DNA from: Octopus vulgaris
Taxonomy: Eukaryota
DNA length: 64,000 nucleotides
Assembly (NCBI GenBank): GCA_951406725.2
Contig: OX597824.1
Location: 13,330,001-13,394,000, forward strand
Reading direction: 5' to 3'
How positions within the stretch are numbered: the first letter of the stretch is position 1; each line of letters opens with the position of its first letter. The notes under the pieces are model-generated. The model made no database searches. It saw only the letters and a list, made by a program, of their open reading frames with translations, and was not told where the DNA came from. Shown here piece after piece: positions 12,216-25,047 of the stretch. The position numbers and the translations under genes are program-made.

Positions 12216-12370
12216 CGATGGGCTTCTTTCAGTTTCCGTCTACCAAATCCACTCATAAAGCTTTGACAACCCGGAGGCTATAGTAGAAGGCACTTGCCCA
12301 AGATGCCACGCAGTGGGACTGAACTGTGGTTCGTAAGCAAGCTACTTACCACACAGCCACTGCTACGCCT
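12028..12370 (-). mobile_element. SINE family B
   Basis: Matches the family B sequence; fused to the preceding family A copy. Confidence 0.9.
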
Positions 12371-12959
12371 AATATATGTTTCCATCTCGAGCCATCTAAA
12401 AAAAAAATCTCTGTATTAGCTGTGCCTCAAAAAATAGTAGAAAATCGCTAAACACCTCATTGGATAAATGCATATATATTGAGATATATAAGTACGTAGG
12501 TACCTAGCTACTCTGGCTTATTTTCCAGATTTCTCAAAGAGACAATGGGCTTATTGCCATTTTAGTTTGCATAACATCATTTTGGCAGATATGTCTGAAT
12601 GCCTGTTTTGTTTTTCTCTTTTTAATTTAGTATTAACATTGAACAGCCACATGCTTGGTAGCAAAGTTGTGAAGAAAAATATTTTATTTTGTTTATCGTT
12701 CTTTAAATCTGAAGAAAGCCGTCCACATCTTTATTATCCTATTTATCGTGATCGTTCGTAGCGTATGAATTTGGGAGCAACATTTTCTCCACCAAGAAAA
12801 CAAGTTCAGCTCTAGTTTGCTCCACTTATCTTTTTCTTGAAGTAATAAAATATTTATGAAAGTGAAAATGTATCTTGGCTACTGGATTCGCAAACTCTTT
12901 ATCAATGGCCCATGAACATTTTGTCTTTCCTGTAATCTTCTGACCACACTGGTTTGTTC

Positions 12960-13253
12960 CTTCTCGAGCCATGCCTGACTCATAAAGGCCGGCTTCGCGG
13001 TTTCCTAGGCGTATAGGTTCCCCACCTGAACGGGACGCCGTTCCGTCGCAGATGAGCTGCAAGATGCAGGAGGAAAGAGTGAGAGAAAGTTGTGGCGAAA
13101 AAGTCAGCAGAAGTTAGCCATTACCTTCTGCCGGAGCCGCGTGGAGCTTAAGTGTTTCGCTCATAAACACACACATCGCCCGGTCTGAGATTCTAACCCG
13201 CGATCCCTTGACTGCGAGTGCGCTGCTCTAACCACTAGGCAATGTGCTTTCAC
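12960..13253 (-). mobile_element. SINE family C-related copy
   Basis: Head and central block (tttcgccacaactttctctcactctt) shared with family C; tail differs. Confidence 0.8.
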
Positions 13254-13671
13254 TGGTGTCCAGAGAGTAGCTGTTCTCCACAACAGAGCAAAGTTTTTCA
13301 TGTGTTCCACACAATGATATATTTCCTATTGTGTTTGAACTTGGTGGCTGCTTTAATTTTTAACTTTTGCCTATATTCTTTTGACCAATTTCAAAACAAA
13401 CAACTTCGTCTTCGGCTGTTTTCATTTTTCTTATCCTGTACGAGGTAATTCTTGCCCCTGCATTATACCTCATGCAAAGATAATATCTACAAGAAACTCA
13501 CTCACTGTTGGCAATGATAAGGTTGATGTCATCTTTATTAGTATGTTGTATGCATGTCATTATTCAGTTTATTTCAAAATTTCTTGCCAATAGAGAAAGA
13601 ACCGGTTTCTAAACTAGATCCAAGGCTCCTTCATTGGAATTTCAACTCCAACGACTGGGTATTTTTGTTTG

Positions 13672-14001
13672 TTTGTATGTATGTATGTATGTATGTATGT
13701 ATGTATGTATGTATGTATGTATGTATGTATGTATGTATGCATGTATGTATGTATGTATGTATGTGTATGTATGTATGTATGTATGTATGTATGTATGTGT
13801 GTATGTATGTATGTATGTATGTATGTATGTTTGTATGTATGTATGTATGTATGTATGTATGTATGTATGTATGTTTGTATGTATGTATGTATGTATGTAT
13901 GTATGTGTGTGTGTATGTATGTATGTATGTATGTATGTATGTATGTATGTGTGTGTGTATGTGTGTGTCTGTGTATGTATGTATGCATGTATGTATGTAT
14001 G
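13672..14001. repeat. (TATG)n microsatellite
   Basis: Read directly from the sequence. Confidence 0.95.
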
Positions 14002-14120
14002 TCACTCTCTGTGTCACGCTGAATATCCCCGAGAACTACGTTAAGGGTACACGTGTCTGTGGAGTTCTCAGCCACTTACACGTCAATTTCACAAGCAGAC
14101 TCTTCCGTTGATTCGGACCA
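14000..14120 (+). mobile_element. SINE family C 3' fragment
   Basis: Matches the last ~120 nt of family C. Confidence 0.85.
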
Positions 14121-14174
14121 ACCGGAACCCTCGTCGTCGTAACCGACGGAGTGCTTCCCATCCACATATGTTGA

Positions 14175-14424
14175 CAGCAATCCTTCGCCATATCGCGGTT
14201 CACCTATCACGGTTCACCTATCACGGTTCACCTATCGCGGTTTATTATTTAAGCTTACGTCAATCCCTCCGCTATGTTGTTTTGCATTTATAATAAAATA
14301 AATATATATAAGTTATGAAAGTAATAAAAAAAATATACAGTACAGTACTGTTTCTACTTCGCAGATTTTCACCTATCGCAGGGCGTTTTAGAACGCAACA
14401 CCCACGATAGTTGAGGAATTACAG
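14175..14424. mobile_element. pogo/Tigger-like MITE
   Basis: Degenerate TIRs (cagcaatccttcg / gaggaattacag|ta). Homologous along its length to 50885-51121. Confidence 0.6.
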
Positions 14425-14591
14425 TACATAACTAAACTCTGGTTTTCATATTTTCACAGTTCTATTAACGCCTCGAAACTGAAATTTCCAAGTTCTACGT
14501 AATGCTTCTCCAAGTCTAGCTTCCCTACATTGGTGCTCAATCAGTTAATGACGTATATCATTGCTCTAACATTTACTAATAATACACATAT

Positions 14592-14980
14592 GTGGAGGCG
14601 CAATGGCCCAGTGGTTAGGGCAGCGGACTCGCGGTCATAGGATCGCGGTTTCGATTCCCATACCGGGCGTTGTGAGTGTTTATTGAGCGAAAGCACCTAA
14701 AGCTCCACGAGGCTCCGGCAGGGGATGGTGGTGATCCCTGCTGTACTCTTTCACCACAACTTTCTCTCACTCTTACTTCCTGTTTCTGTTGTACCTGTAT
14801 TTCAAAGGGCCGGCCTTGTCACTCTCTGTGTCACGCTGAATATCCCAGAGAACTACGTTAAGGGTACACGTGTCTGTGGAGTGCTCAGCCACTTACACGT
14901 TAATTTCACGAGCAGGCTGTTCCGTTGATTCGGATCAACCGGAACCCTCGTCGTCGTAACCGACGGAGTGCTTCCACCAC
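14592..14980 (+). mobile_element. SINE family C, full length with TSD
   Basis: Near-identical to 9623-10012. TSD taatacacat at 14580-14589 and 14981-14990. Confidence 0.9.
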
Positions 14981-15781
14981 TAATACACATCTAAAGTTAT
15001 AGTCGTAGTGCAGTGTCCACAGATTTATTATTAGTTCCGTAGAGCTGGTTTCTTTTTCACTTTGACATTATGTTAACAGCGGTTGGGCAATGGCTATTAT
15101 GACTGTGTACACTTTGTTAATTGTATTCCAGATACTTATATATAATCTGCCAAACTTACAGTTTATAGATGATTTAACAAGGACCTTCTACTATTTTTAA
15201 TATTATATGCCCAAAGATATATTTGATATGCAATATATTATTACTTGGCCAAAAGTTTGAAACATAGGCCTGATATTTTTTTCTTTTAGGTATTGAACCA
15301 TTAAATCAGTTATTAGGTAAGTATATATCTACGGTGTATATATTTGAATCGAATTGTCCTTGGGAATAATAATTTTAATTTTTTAAAGATATTCTATACT
15401 TTTGACCACTACTATACAGGGTCATGGGAAGTACCTTTCCCTCCAGACTAACAGATATTTACGGATGCATATTCAAAAGCTCTCCTCTTTCGTGTTCTGG
15501 TATTAGGTAGAGCCGGTCTGTAGTGATGTGACGTAGACATTTCTTAACTTTGTGATTAATTTCCGTCTTTTATCAAGATCTTATTTTACCTAGATCGCAT
15601 CTAGCGTCATCAATTACCTAGAATTCATCTACCATCAACAATTACTTAGATTTTCTCTAACGTCATATCGATAGAGATATGTATCTATGTATGTATGCAT
15701 GCATGTATGTATACATTTATGCATGAATGTACGTATGTATGTATGTATGTATGTATTTATGCATGAATGTACGTATGTATG

Positions 15782-15815
<34 letters not shown>

Positions 15816-16720
15816 TGTATGTATGTATGTATGTATGTATGCATGCATGTGTGTGTGTACGTGTGTCTGCGTATATATGAAGGTGTTCATGTGTGTTCTG
15901 GCTTTATTTCTAGTATTTCTCACCAATAGACAAAAATCCATTTTCTGACAAGTCTTTTAAATTGGAATCTTGACAACAGCAAACGTATGTAAGTGTGTAT
16001 GTATGTATGTATGTATGTATGTATGTATGTATGTATGTATGTATTATGTATGTATGCATGTATTTATGTATGTATGCATGTATGTATGTGTGTATGAGTA
16101 TATATGCGTGCATGTATACATGTTTGCATATACGTATGTGTGTGTACCTTATACGTACTTACACACTTACGTATGTATGTATGTACGTACGTACGTACGT
16201 ACGTATGTATGTATGTACGTACGTACGTATGTATGTATGCATGCACACAAATATAAATGTATTCTGTATGCAGATGCATATGTATTTTTTTTTTTTACTT
16301 GTGCAAATGTCCATATGAATATTTTTGAAATCTTTTTACATGCCAACTCGAGTATATGCACTCATTACATACATCAGTGCTAAAATGTTTTCCATATTTT
16401 TTTCCAATTATAAATGTAATTTAATTAGGCTTATGCTTTTCTTTAAGCTCGGTTCCTCGAGTTCGGTGCTGAATCAAGTACACATATATATAAAATTTAA
16501 TTATTATTGCTGATAATCCTTACTGCTCTGGCATAAGGATTAGCGTCCGTCTTTACGTTCTGATTTCAAATAACTCCGAGGTCGACTAAGCCCTTCAGCA
16601 TCCTTCGACGTCGATTAAACAAGTACCAGTTGATTACTGGGATCGATGTAATCGTCTTACCCTTCACAAAAGCTTGCTGGCCTTGTGCCAGAGCTTGAAA
16701 CCAATATTTATTAGGGCCAA

Positions 16721-17089
16721 TCTTTATATATATATAAAGCTGAAGTTGTCTGTGTGTGGCAGGTTTGGTAGCCTTCAACTAACACTATCTCCTCCGAAAC
16801 TGAGAGTATGATAGAAGAAGGCTTGCTGTTCTTTCTGAGAAGAAAAAATTCAAATCGGACCATGTTAACACCAAAAATTATTTACATTAAAAAAGTGCTT
16901 TTTTTTCTATGAAAATCCCTATTTTTTACGATGTTTTGACTGCTGTGTCGCTATTTTTCGGTGTATTTCAACCAGAAAAATGTTCAGTTAAAGAGAATAA
17001 CAAGCTACATAATCCGAAATTTTTACTTTTCAAAAATTCCAATTCTAAAGGGTCGAAACAACCCGAGCAACGCCGGGCGATACTGCTAG
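16721..17089 (+). mobile_element. Non-autonomous Helitron
   Basis: A|TC start, 3' GC-rich hairpin cccgagcaacgccggg, CTAG|T end, no TSD. Confidence 0.85.
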
Positions 17090-17222
17090 TTATAAAGCTA
17101 AAGCTAAAACATCATCAGGTTCCTAACTAGATTGTAATATTTTGTGTTATGTGACATTTATTGGGCAACAGGTTTCTATTACTGTGACACTGATTTTGTC
17201 TTCATTCCTGTGTTTCTTGTAA

Positions 17223-18056
17223 GGCGGCGAGCTGGCAGAAACGTTAGCACGCCGGGCGAAATGCTTAGCAGTATTTCGTCGGCCGCTACGTTCTGAGTTC
17301 AAATTCCGCCGAGGTCGACTTTGCCTTTCATCCTTTCGGGGTTGATTAAATATGTACCTATTTCTTTATTACCCACAAGGGGCTAAACACAGAGGGGACA
17401 AACAAGGACAGACATAGGTATTAAGTCGATTACATCGACCCCAGTGCGTAACTGGTACTTAATTTATCGAACCCGAAAGGATGAAAGGCAAAGTCCACCT
17501 CGGCGGGATTTGAACTCACAACGTAACGACAGACGAAATACGGCTACGCATTTCGCCCGGCGTGCTAACGATTCTGCCTACGCACTGGGGTCGATATAAT
17601 CGACTTAATCCCTTTGTCTGTCCTTGTTTAACCTCTCTGCGTTTAACCCCTTGTGGGTAGTAAAAAAATAGGCATTTCGTTTGCTGTTACGTTCTGATTT
17701 CAAATTCCGCCGAGGTCGACTTTGCCTTTCATCCTTTCGGGGTCGATAAATTAAGTACCAGTTATGCACTGGGGTCGATGTAATCGACTTAATCCCTTTC
17801 TCTGTCCTTGTTTGCCCCCTCTATGTTTATCCCCTTGTGGGCAATAAAGAAATAAGAATCGTTATCACGCTAGCCGGACTACTTAGCCGTATTTCGCCCT
17901 TCGCTACATTCTGAGTTCAAATTCCGCCGAGGCCGACTTTGCTTTCATCTTTTTGGGGTCGATAAATTAAGTACCAGTGAAACACTAGGGTCGATGTAAT
18001 TGACTAGTCTCCTTCCCACAAATGTTCGGCCCTTGTGGTCAGTAAAGAAAGGATTA
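17223..18056 (+). mobile_element. SINE family A multimer with a nested opposite-strand copy (~17359-17578)
   Basis: Three plus-strand cores; the first is interrupted by a minus-strand unit. Confidence 0.9.
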
Positions 18057-18306
18057 CTGTGTTATGACCCGATTATACTGAGGTTTCTCTTTTTATACTG
18101 AGGTTCCTGTCATTAAAATGTGGCCGTGCTGGGGCACCTCCTTGAAGATTTTTTAGTCGAATGAATTCGTCTGGGTAGTTATGTTCATTTTAAAGCCTGG
18201 TACTCATTCCACTCTCTCTTTTGCCGGATCATTAAGTTATTTTTGAGGTAATCAAACAACCACCTTTTATCAAGCAGAGATGGAGGACAAACACAGACGC
18301 ACACAC

Positions 18307-18384
<78 letters not shown>

Positions 18385-18599
18385 TTACCTACCTACCTAC
18401 TTCTCCCTCTCTCTCTTTTCTCTCCCTTCTCTCTAATATAGATTTATTTGTGGTTTATATAAATATTGCCGAAATAAATATTTCATTCAAAGGCTATTTG
18501 AATCGGTGTTAATTTTCTATCGCTTTTTGTTTTCGTTTTATCTAGAAGCGCTCCATATAAATGTGGATATTTCTAGCGGACAGAACTATACGTATGTTT

Positions 18600-18638
18600 A
18601 TACATACATACATACATACATACATACATACACATACA

Positions 18639-18670
<32 letters not shown>

Positions 18671-19025
18671 CATACATACATACATACATATACATACATA
18701 CATACATACATATACATACATACATACATACATACATACATACATACATACATACATACATACATACATACATACATACATACATACATACATACATACA
18801 TACATACATACATACATACATACATACATACATACATACATACATACATACATACATACATACATACATACATACATACATACATACATACATACATACA
18901 TACATACATACATACATACATACATACATACATACATACATACATACATACATACATAGATACATACATACATACATACATACATAAATACATACATACA
19001 TACATACATACATACATACATACAT
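18600..19025. repeat. (TACA)n microsatellite
   Basis: Read directly from the sequence. Confidence 0.95.
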
Positions 19026-19242
19026 GTTACAATTTTTTCCTTATTTTTTATACTCATTTGTAGAATATCCTTAGAATACTTATTGTGCGACGACTATTTC
19101 TGTTTCTTTTTCTTTCTGTGCCTCTCTTTAGCCTTCCTCCCTCTCTCTTTTTATCTCTTTCCCTCCCTAATACTTTCCTCTGTTGCTTCTGTCCCTCTGC
19201 CCTCTACGACTCTTTCTCTCTCCTCTCATTACCACGTGAACC

Positions 19243-19634
19243 GCATGACTATTTAAACCTCTCTCATCCTTTTTCGCTTAACCATTGGCCAGGTCCTTGC
19301 ATGACTATTTAAACCTCTCTCATCCTTTTTCGCTTAACCATTGGCCAGGTCCTTGCATGACTATTTAAAATTCATCATCCTTTTTCGCTTAACCATTGGC
19401 CAGGTCCTTGCATGACTATTTAAACCTCTCTCATCCTTTTTCGCTTCACCATTGGCCAGGTCCTTGCATGACTATTTAAACCTCTCTCATCCTTTTTCGC
19501 TTAACCATTGGCCAGGTCCTTGCATGACTATTTAAACCTCTCTCATCCTTTTTCGCTTAACCATTGGCCAGGTCCTTGCATGACTATTTAAACCTCTCTC
19601 ATCCTTTTTCGCTTCACCATTGGCCAGGTCCTTG
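19243..19634. repeat. Minisatellite, 7 x ~56 bp
   Basis: Unit gcatgactatttaaacctctctcatcctttttcgcttaaccattggccaggtcctt starts at 19243, 19299, 19355, 19410, 19466, 19522 and 19578. Confidence 0.95.
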
Positions 19635-20199
19635 TGCTCTTACTCTTTTCCTACACGGTTTTTGTTTACTTCTCCCTTCGCTCTGATTTTCTATCCATCC
19701 CAATCTTTCTCTCTCGTCTCCAATCCTACAGGACATTTTTATTTTCCTCTGCGTTTCCCCATTCACGTCTGCCCTGCGGTCGCACGGCTGTTTTTGTTGC
19801 ATATGTATTACTATTATAATTATTTTAGTTTGTCTTGTTTGTCGTTGTCATTATCCTGTACGTTCATTAGCTATTCCCAGTAGCTTTTTATCACTAGCGC
19901 CATCAAAAGTGAACATTATCAACATTAAAAGGCGCGAAACTGTAAGGATCTTTTGAACTTTGAGTAATGCGGGCTTAGCTACAAATTTTCCGTTTGTTGT
20001 GTTTTGTAAAATTTTTGAAATACATAATACACTTATATATGAATAGATGTATTAAATCTTTTCGGGGTCGTACCAGTACCAGTGAAACACTGGGGTCGAT
20101 GTAATCGACTAGTCCCCTCCCCACAAAATTCGGCCCTTGTAGTCAATAAAGAAAGGATTACTGAGTTATAACCCGATTATATATGAATCTTATATATGA

Positions 20200-20628
20200 C
20201 TAGCAGTATCGCCCGGCGTTGCTCGGGTTTGTAAGGGAAATAACTATATAAGCATTTTTAGAGAGTTATACCCAAAAAATAGCAAAAAATGCATTAAAAA
20301 TGGAAAAAAAAGATGGCAAAAAATGCATTAAAAATGGAAAAAAAATGATGGTAATTTTTTCTTAAATCGTTGACTCATCGTAGACATTTTTAGAGAGTTA
20401 CTTCCTTTATATAATAGCGAAAAAATGCATTAAAATGGAAAAAAATATAATAAATTATTTTTAAAATCGTAGACTCATTGTAGACGCGCACTAATACCCA
20501 GAAGGGCTCGATATGAATCACGACTATAAGATACCCGGTTTTGGTTAAACTGCATCGCAAAATGTGGGAGTAGTTAGGAATCTAAATCGTAGGAGACAGA
20601 CACACAACTTGACTTTTATATATAAAGA
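20200..20628 (-). mobile_element. Non-autonomous Helitron
   Basis: Minus strand A|TCTTTATATATAAAAG...acccgagcaacgccgggcgatactgCTAG|T. The 3' terminus is identical to that of 16721-17089. Confidence 0.85.
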
Positions 20629-21420
20629 TGTATTAAATAGATGTATTAAATATAATAGATGTATTGAATAGTACGTTTATGTTCATATTTATGAGCATGT
20701 ATGAAAGTAAGTGTGTAGGTGCGTCGTTTAGTGATTAGAATGTTGCACCCATGTTGATAAGGTCGTGGTTTCGATCCCTGTACTTGGTGAGGTGTTGTGT
20801 TATTGAGCAAAGCACTGCCTTTTATGTTGCACCAGTAAACTGAGCTGGCAAAAGTGTGTAATCCTGTCACTCACCGGTGTCTATCCAAGGGTTGAATACA
20901 TATGCCAGAGAAACCGGGAAACCAGCCTTATGAGGAGTCTTTGAACCTTTGATATATGTATGCATGATTGGGTTAGTGCCACCTTCATTGGTATTTTTGT
21001 TGGTTCTGGTTTACTATGAAACCACGCCAACGAAAGAAAGCAGTAAGCCAACTCTACTACCAGAGAAACAAGATGAGAGATTGACAGCAATTTACAGTAT
21101 AAATACACTTCTTTCATCTCTTTACTACTATCGTGTAATGCGTGCGCGCCCGCGTACGTATGTGTGTGTGCTTACGTGTTGAAACGTCGTAACTACCTCT
21201 ATCCCCTTCCACGGACCTTCTTCCCCTGATTTTGATCATGAATCTTTCCAATCCTGTCTTTTTTCTTTTATTTGTTGACTCTTCTTTTTCTCTCACTGCC
21301 ATATGTATATAAATAAGCAATAATAAATCTCTGAGCCAGGTATAAACAGTAGCTGCACCACATCGTGAAGTATATTTGACACTTAAATGTGGCTAACCTA
21401 ATAATATATATATTAAGGTG

Positions 21421-21511
<91 letters not shown>

Positions 21512-21512
<1 letters not shown>

Positions 21513-22456
21513 TATTGTTATATTTCGGAATGGTCATATTGCCAGTTTAGCCAATAAAAACACACGCACTATATATTTGGTGTTATTTTGCTTCAGTGAT
21601 ATTTATTTTTTACATTAATCTTAATCTTATTTCGGCCAAAGTTCTTTCGTCACACTCCTGTGACCGCATCAGTGGTCCTTTGTTTTCTTCTCACTTACTT
21701 GTGTCTCTCCTTACTAACCGTCAGCCATTTTGTATTTCTATTGTATGTCTTCATTTGCGCATGCTTATATCTCTATGTGCGTCTATGTTTATTTAGTATG
21801 TGGGGGGGGGGATGCCTGTAATATTTGTATCTTCTGGTTATATACATTCTTGTAATTTGTATTTTGTTTTTGTTGTTGTTGCTTTTGTTCTAATTTTATT
21901 CATGTGTTTACATCCACCCATTATTATCATTACATATGCTTGTATGTATGTATAACAACAATATTAGTAATAATAATAATAAATCTAATCGAGAAAAAAA
22001 AAAAAAAAAAAAAAAAGAATATACATATACATATATATATATATACATACATATACATATACATATATATATATATATACATATATACACACATATATAC
22101 ACACATACATATACATATATATACACATATACATATATATAGATATTCATTTCAATTTCTTTAATTACCTGTGTATTTATTATGTTTGCAGGATCCACTA
22201 TTGTCATATGTTGTGGTGTGCGCTATTGCTCCATTCTAGTTTTCTATTCAGGCTAGGTTTATTTTCTATTATATGTGTAGCTTCTGTAATTTGTCTAATT
22301 GTTGCATCTGTTCTATGTGTGGACAATATCTTAATCTCTATGTTATTGATTGATCCCCCGTGTTCTTGTTCGGCGTGTTGGTACAGAATCGATGAGCTTT
22401 TACCTTCCTTGAGTTGTCTCCAATGTTCATTCACCCGCTCACCAATGCTTCTTGCA
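21512..22456 (-). repeat. Inverted pseudo-LTR (copy of the PLE endonuclease end and 3' UTR)
   Basis: Minus ORF 22204..22614 repeats the C-terminal peptide [11 protein letters not shown]...SNSAHHNI. By eye the arms differ only in homopolymer lengths and rare substitutions. Confidence 0.95.
21634..21678 (-). ncRNA. Mirror copy of the PLE hammerhead-like motif in the inverted arm
   Basis: Reverse complement of 25003-25047. Confidence 0.6.
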
Positions 22457-24480
22457 TTGTAACAACTGTACAGGCGCATGAGGAGAGAGAAAAGGTCCTC
22501 AATGCCCACATGATGATGTGGACAATTGTTCTGGGACCTCAGAAACGTACTGCAAAGAATTTCCAAGCCTGGAACAATGATATCCCGGCACTGTATGGAC
22601 TTCGCAAGGACCATAAAGGTTTTACTGACCCTATAGCAGGACCACCAACAAGACCAGTCTGTGGAGCAAATATCGCTAGCAATTACAGAATCTCCTACTT
22701 CCTCTCAATGATCATACGCCCTATAATCAGGATGTCACCTGATGTATGTGACAGCACAGAAGATCTCCTAAGCAGGATCAGTGACTGTAACAAAACTTGT
22801 GACTTGACAGGATGTATAGTAGGTAGCATGGATGTGGTATCCCTATACCCATCGATTGACGTAGATTTTGCAGTGGAGAAGTGCGTGGAGATGATCAACG
22901 AGAGCCAGGTGGAGTTCTGTAATGTCGACACAGAAGAACTGGGCCTCCTACTTAGACTGACATATAATAGTGAATACTTAGATAAACATAATCTTAGTAG
23001 TTTCTGCCCCAGTAGATGTTTAAGAGGTAGACCGCCTACAATTACTTCTATGGCTAGGAAGACACATATAGAAAGATGGCGCGGATGGACCAGAGCCATA
23101 CGGAGCCCCGCAAATGTCCATCAGGTAAAGAAAATGATCGCACATGCACTAGGAGCTAGTATAAGAGTTACCCTAAAAGGCCACACATTTAAATTTAATA
23201 ATAAAATATATGCCCAGGACGAGGGGGCAGCCATCGGTGTTAGTATCGCTGGTGATGTGGCCAACCTCTTCATGGTATGGTGGGACAGAAGGCTTAAAGA
23301 ATGCCTACTGCAGAAATCCATACTCGTAAACATGTACTCTCGCTATGTTGATGATATCAATATAGTAGTAAAGGCACCCCCACAAGAAAGTACTGTTGAT
23401 ATAGTAATAGAAACTAATACTATGGAGAGCATCCAGCAAATAGCTAACTCCATCCACCAGAGTATTAAGGTCACAATAGACTACCCCACTAAACACCCCA
23501 ACCATAGACTACCAGTACTAGACACTGAACTCTGGCTAGAAATTGTGAAAAATAAAACCCAAATCCTTCATTCATACTATGCAAAACCTATGGCCTCAAA
23601 ATACCTGATCCACCGGAACTCAGCCATTGCGGGCAATGCCAAATTCAATATTTTGATGGCAGACCTCGTCAGAATAATGAGAAATGTGTCACGCATGTGC
23701 GAGCCTACAGAATTAAAGAGACACATACAGTATTTCATTCACCGCATGCAGTTCTCAGGTTACAGCCATAAAGAAAGGATCAGAGTATACAAAGGAGCCA
23801 TGAAGAAATTTGATAATATATTATGTAATGATAGGAATGGGATTTGCCCACTCTACAGGAACAAGTCATGGAACACTATAGAAAGGACAAAAAAGAAAAT
23901 AAGGAAGGCCAACTCTTGGTATGATAGCCATAAATACCAGAGTGTCATGTTCGTTGACACCACCCCTGGAGGTGAACTAGCGTACCGCTTTAGAAGGACC
24001 CTAGATAAACTTAAACTAAGAATTAAGGTTGTTGAAAAGCCAGGCAACCCTATCAGATCTATAATTGGTAGAACCTATCCTTTTAGTAGAACTCTCTGTA
24101 CGGATAACTATTGCACTGTATGTAGATTTAGCCCACAAACGAACTGTAAAGCCAGAAATGTGGTCTATAGTATAAGATGTATAGAGGGACGATGCAGTAA
24201 CAAGACAGTAACATACGTAGGGGAAACTGCAAGAAGCATTGGTGAGCGGGTGAATGAACATTGGAGACAACTCAAGGAAGGTAAAAGCTCATCGATTCTG
24301 TACCAACACGCCGAACAAGAACACGGGGGATCAATCAATAACATAGAGATTAAGATATTGTCCACACATAGAACAGATGCAACAATTAGACAAATTACAG
24401 AAGCTACACATATAATAGAAAATAAACCTAGCCTGAATAGAAAACTAGAATGGAGCAATAGCGCACACCACAACATATGA
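22457..24480 (+). CDS. PLE reverse transcriptase plus C-terminal GIY-YIG endonuclease (uninterrupted, N-terminally truncated)
   Basis: RT motifs [24 protein letters not shown] (A), [13 protein letters not shown] (B'), RYVDDI (C), LPVLD (E), YAKP. Cys linker [16 protein letters not shown] motifs [34 protein letters not shown]. The first 14 residues of the listed ORF (from 22414) come from the inverted arm and are not part of the real protein. Confidence 0.95.
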
Positions 24481-25002
24481 CAATAGTGGATCCTGCAAAC
24501 ATAATAAATACACAGGTAATTAAAGAAATTGAAATGAATATCTATATATATGTATATGTGTATATATATGTATATGTATGTGTGTATATATGTGTGTATA
24601 TATGTATATATATATATATATGTATATGTATATGTATGTATATATATATATATGTATATGTATATTCTTTTTTTTTTTTTTTTTTTTTCTCGATTAGATT
24701 TATTATTATTATTACTAATATTGTTGTTATACATACATACAAGCATATGTAATGATAATAATGGGTGGATGTAAACACATGAATAAAATTAGAACAAAAG
24801 CAACAACAACAAAAACAAAATACAAATTACAAGAATGTATATAACCAGAAGATACAAATATTACAGGCATCCCCCCCCCACACACTAAATAAACATAGAC
24901 GCACATAGAGATATAAGCATGCGCAAATGAAGACATACAATAGAAATACAAAATGGCTGACGGTTAGTAAGGAGAGACACAAGTAAGTGAGAAGAAAACA
25001 AA

Positions 25003-25047
25003 GGACCACTGATGCGGTCACAGGAGTGTGACGAAAGAACTTTGGCC
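25003..25047 (+). ncRNA. Minimal type I hammerhead-like motif (A9->C variant) in the PLE pseudo-LTR
   Basis: GGACCA-CUGAUGC-G-GUCACA(GGAG)UGUGAC-GAAA-GAACUU-UGGCC. Perfect 6-bp stem II, but core box is CUGAUGC rather than CUGAUGA. Confidence 0.6.

Noticed and set aside
22414-22456. Apparent start of the 688-aa ORF
   Set aside because: These bases belong to the inverted arm. The real N-terminus is lost by 5' truncation.
22204-22614. 136-aa minus-strand ORF as a separate nuclease gene
   Set aside because: It is a chimera of antisense RT sequence and the inverted endonuclease C-terminus, and lacks the GIY-YIG motifs.
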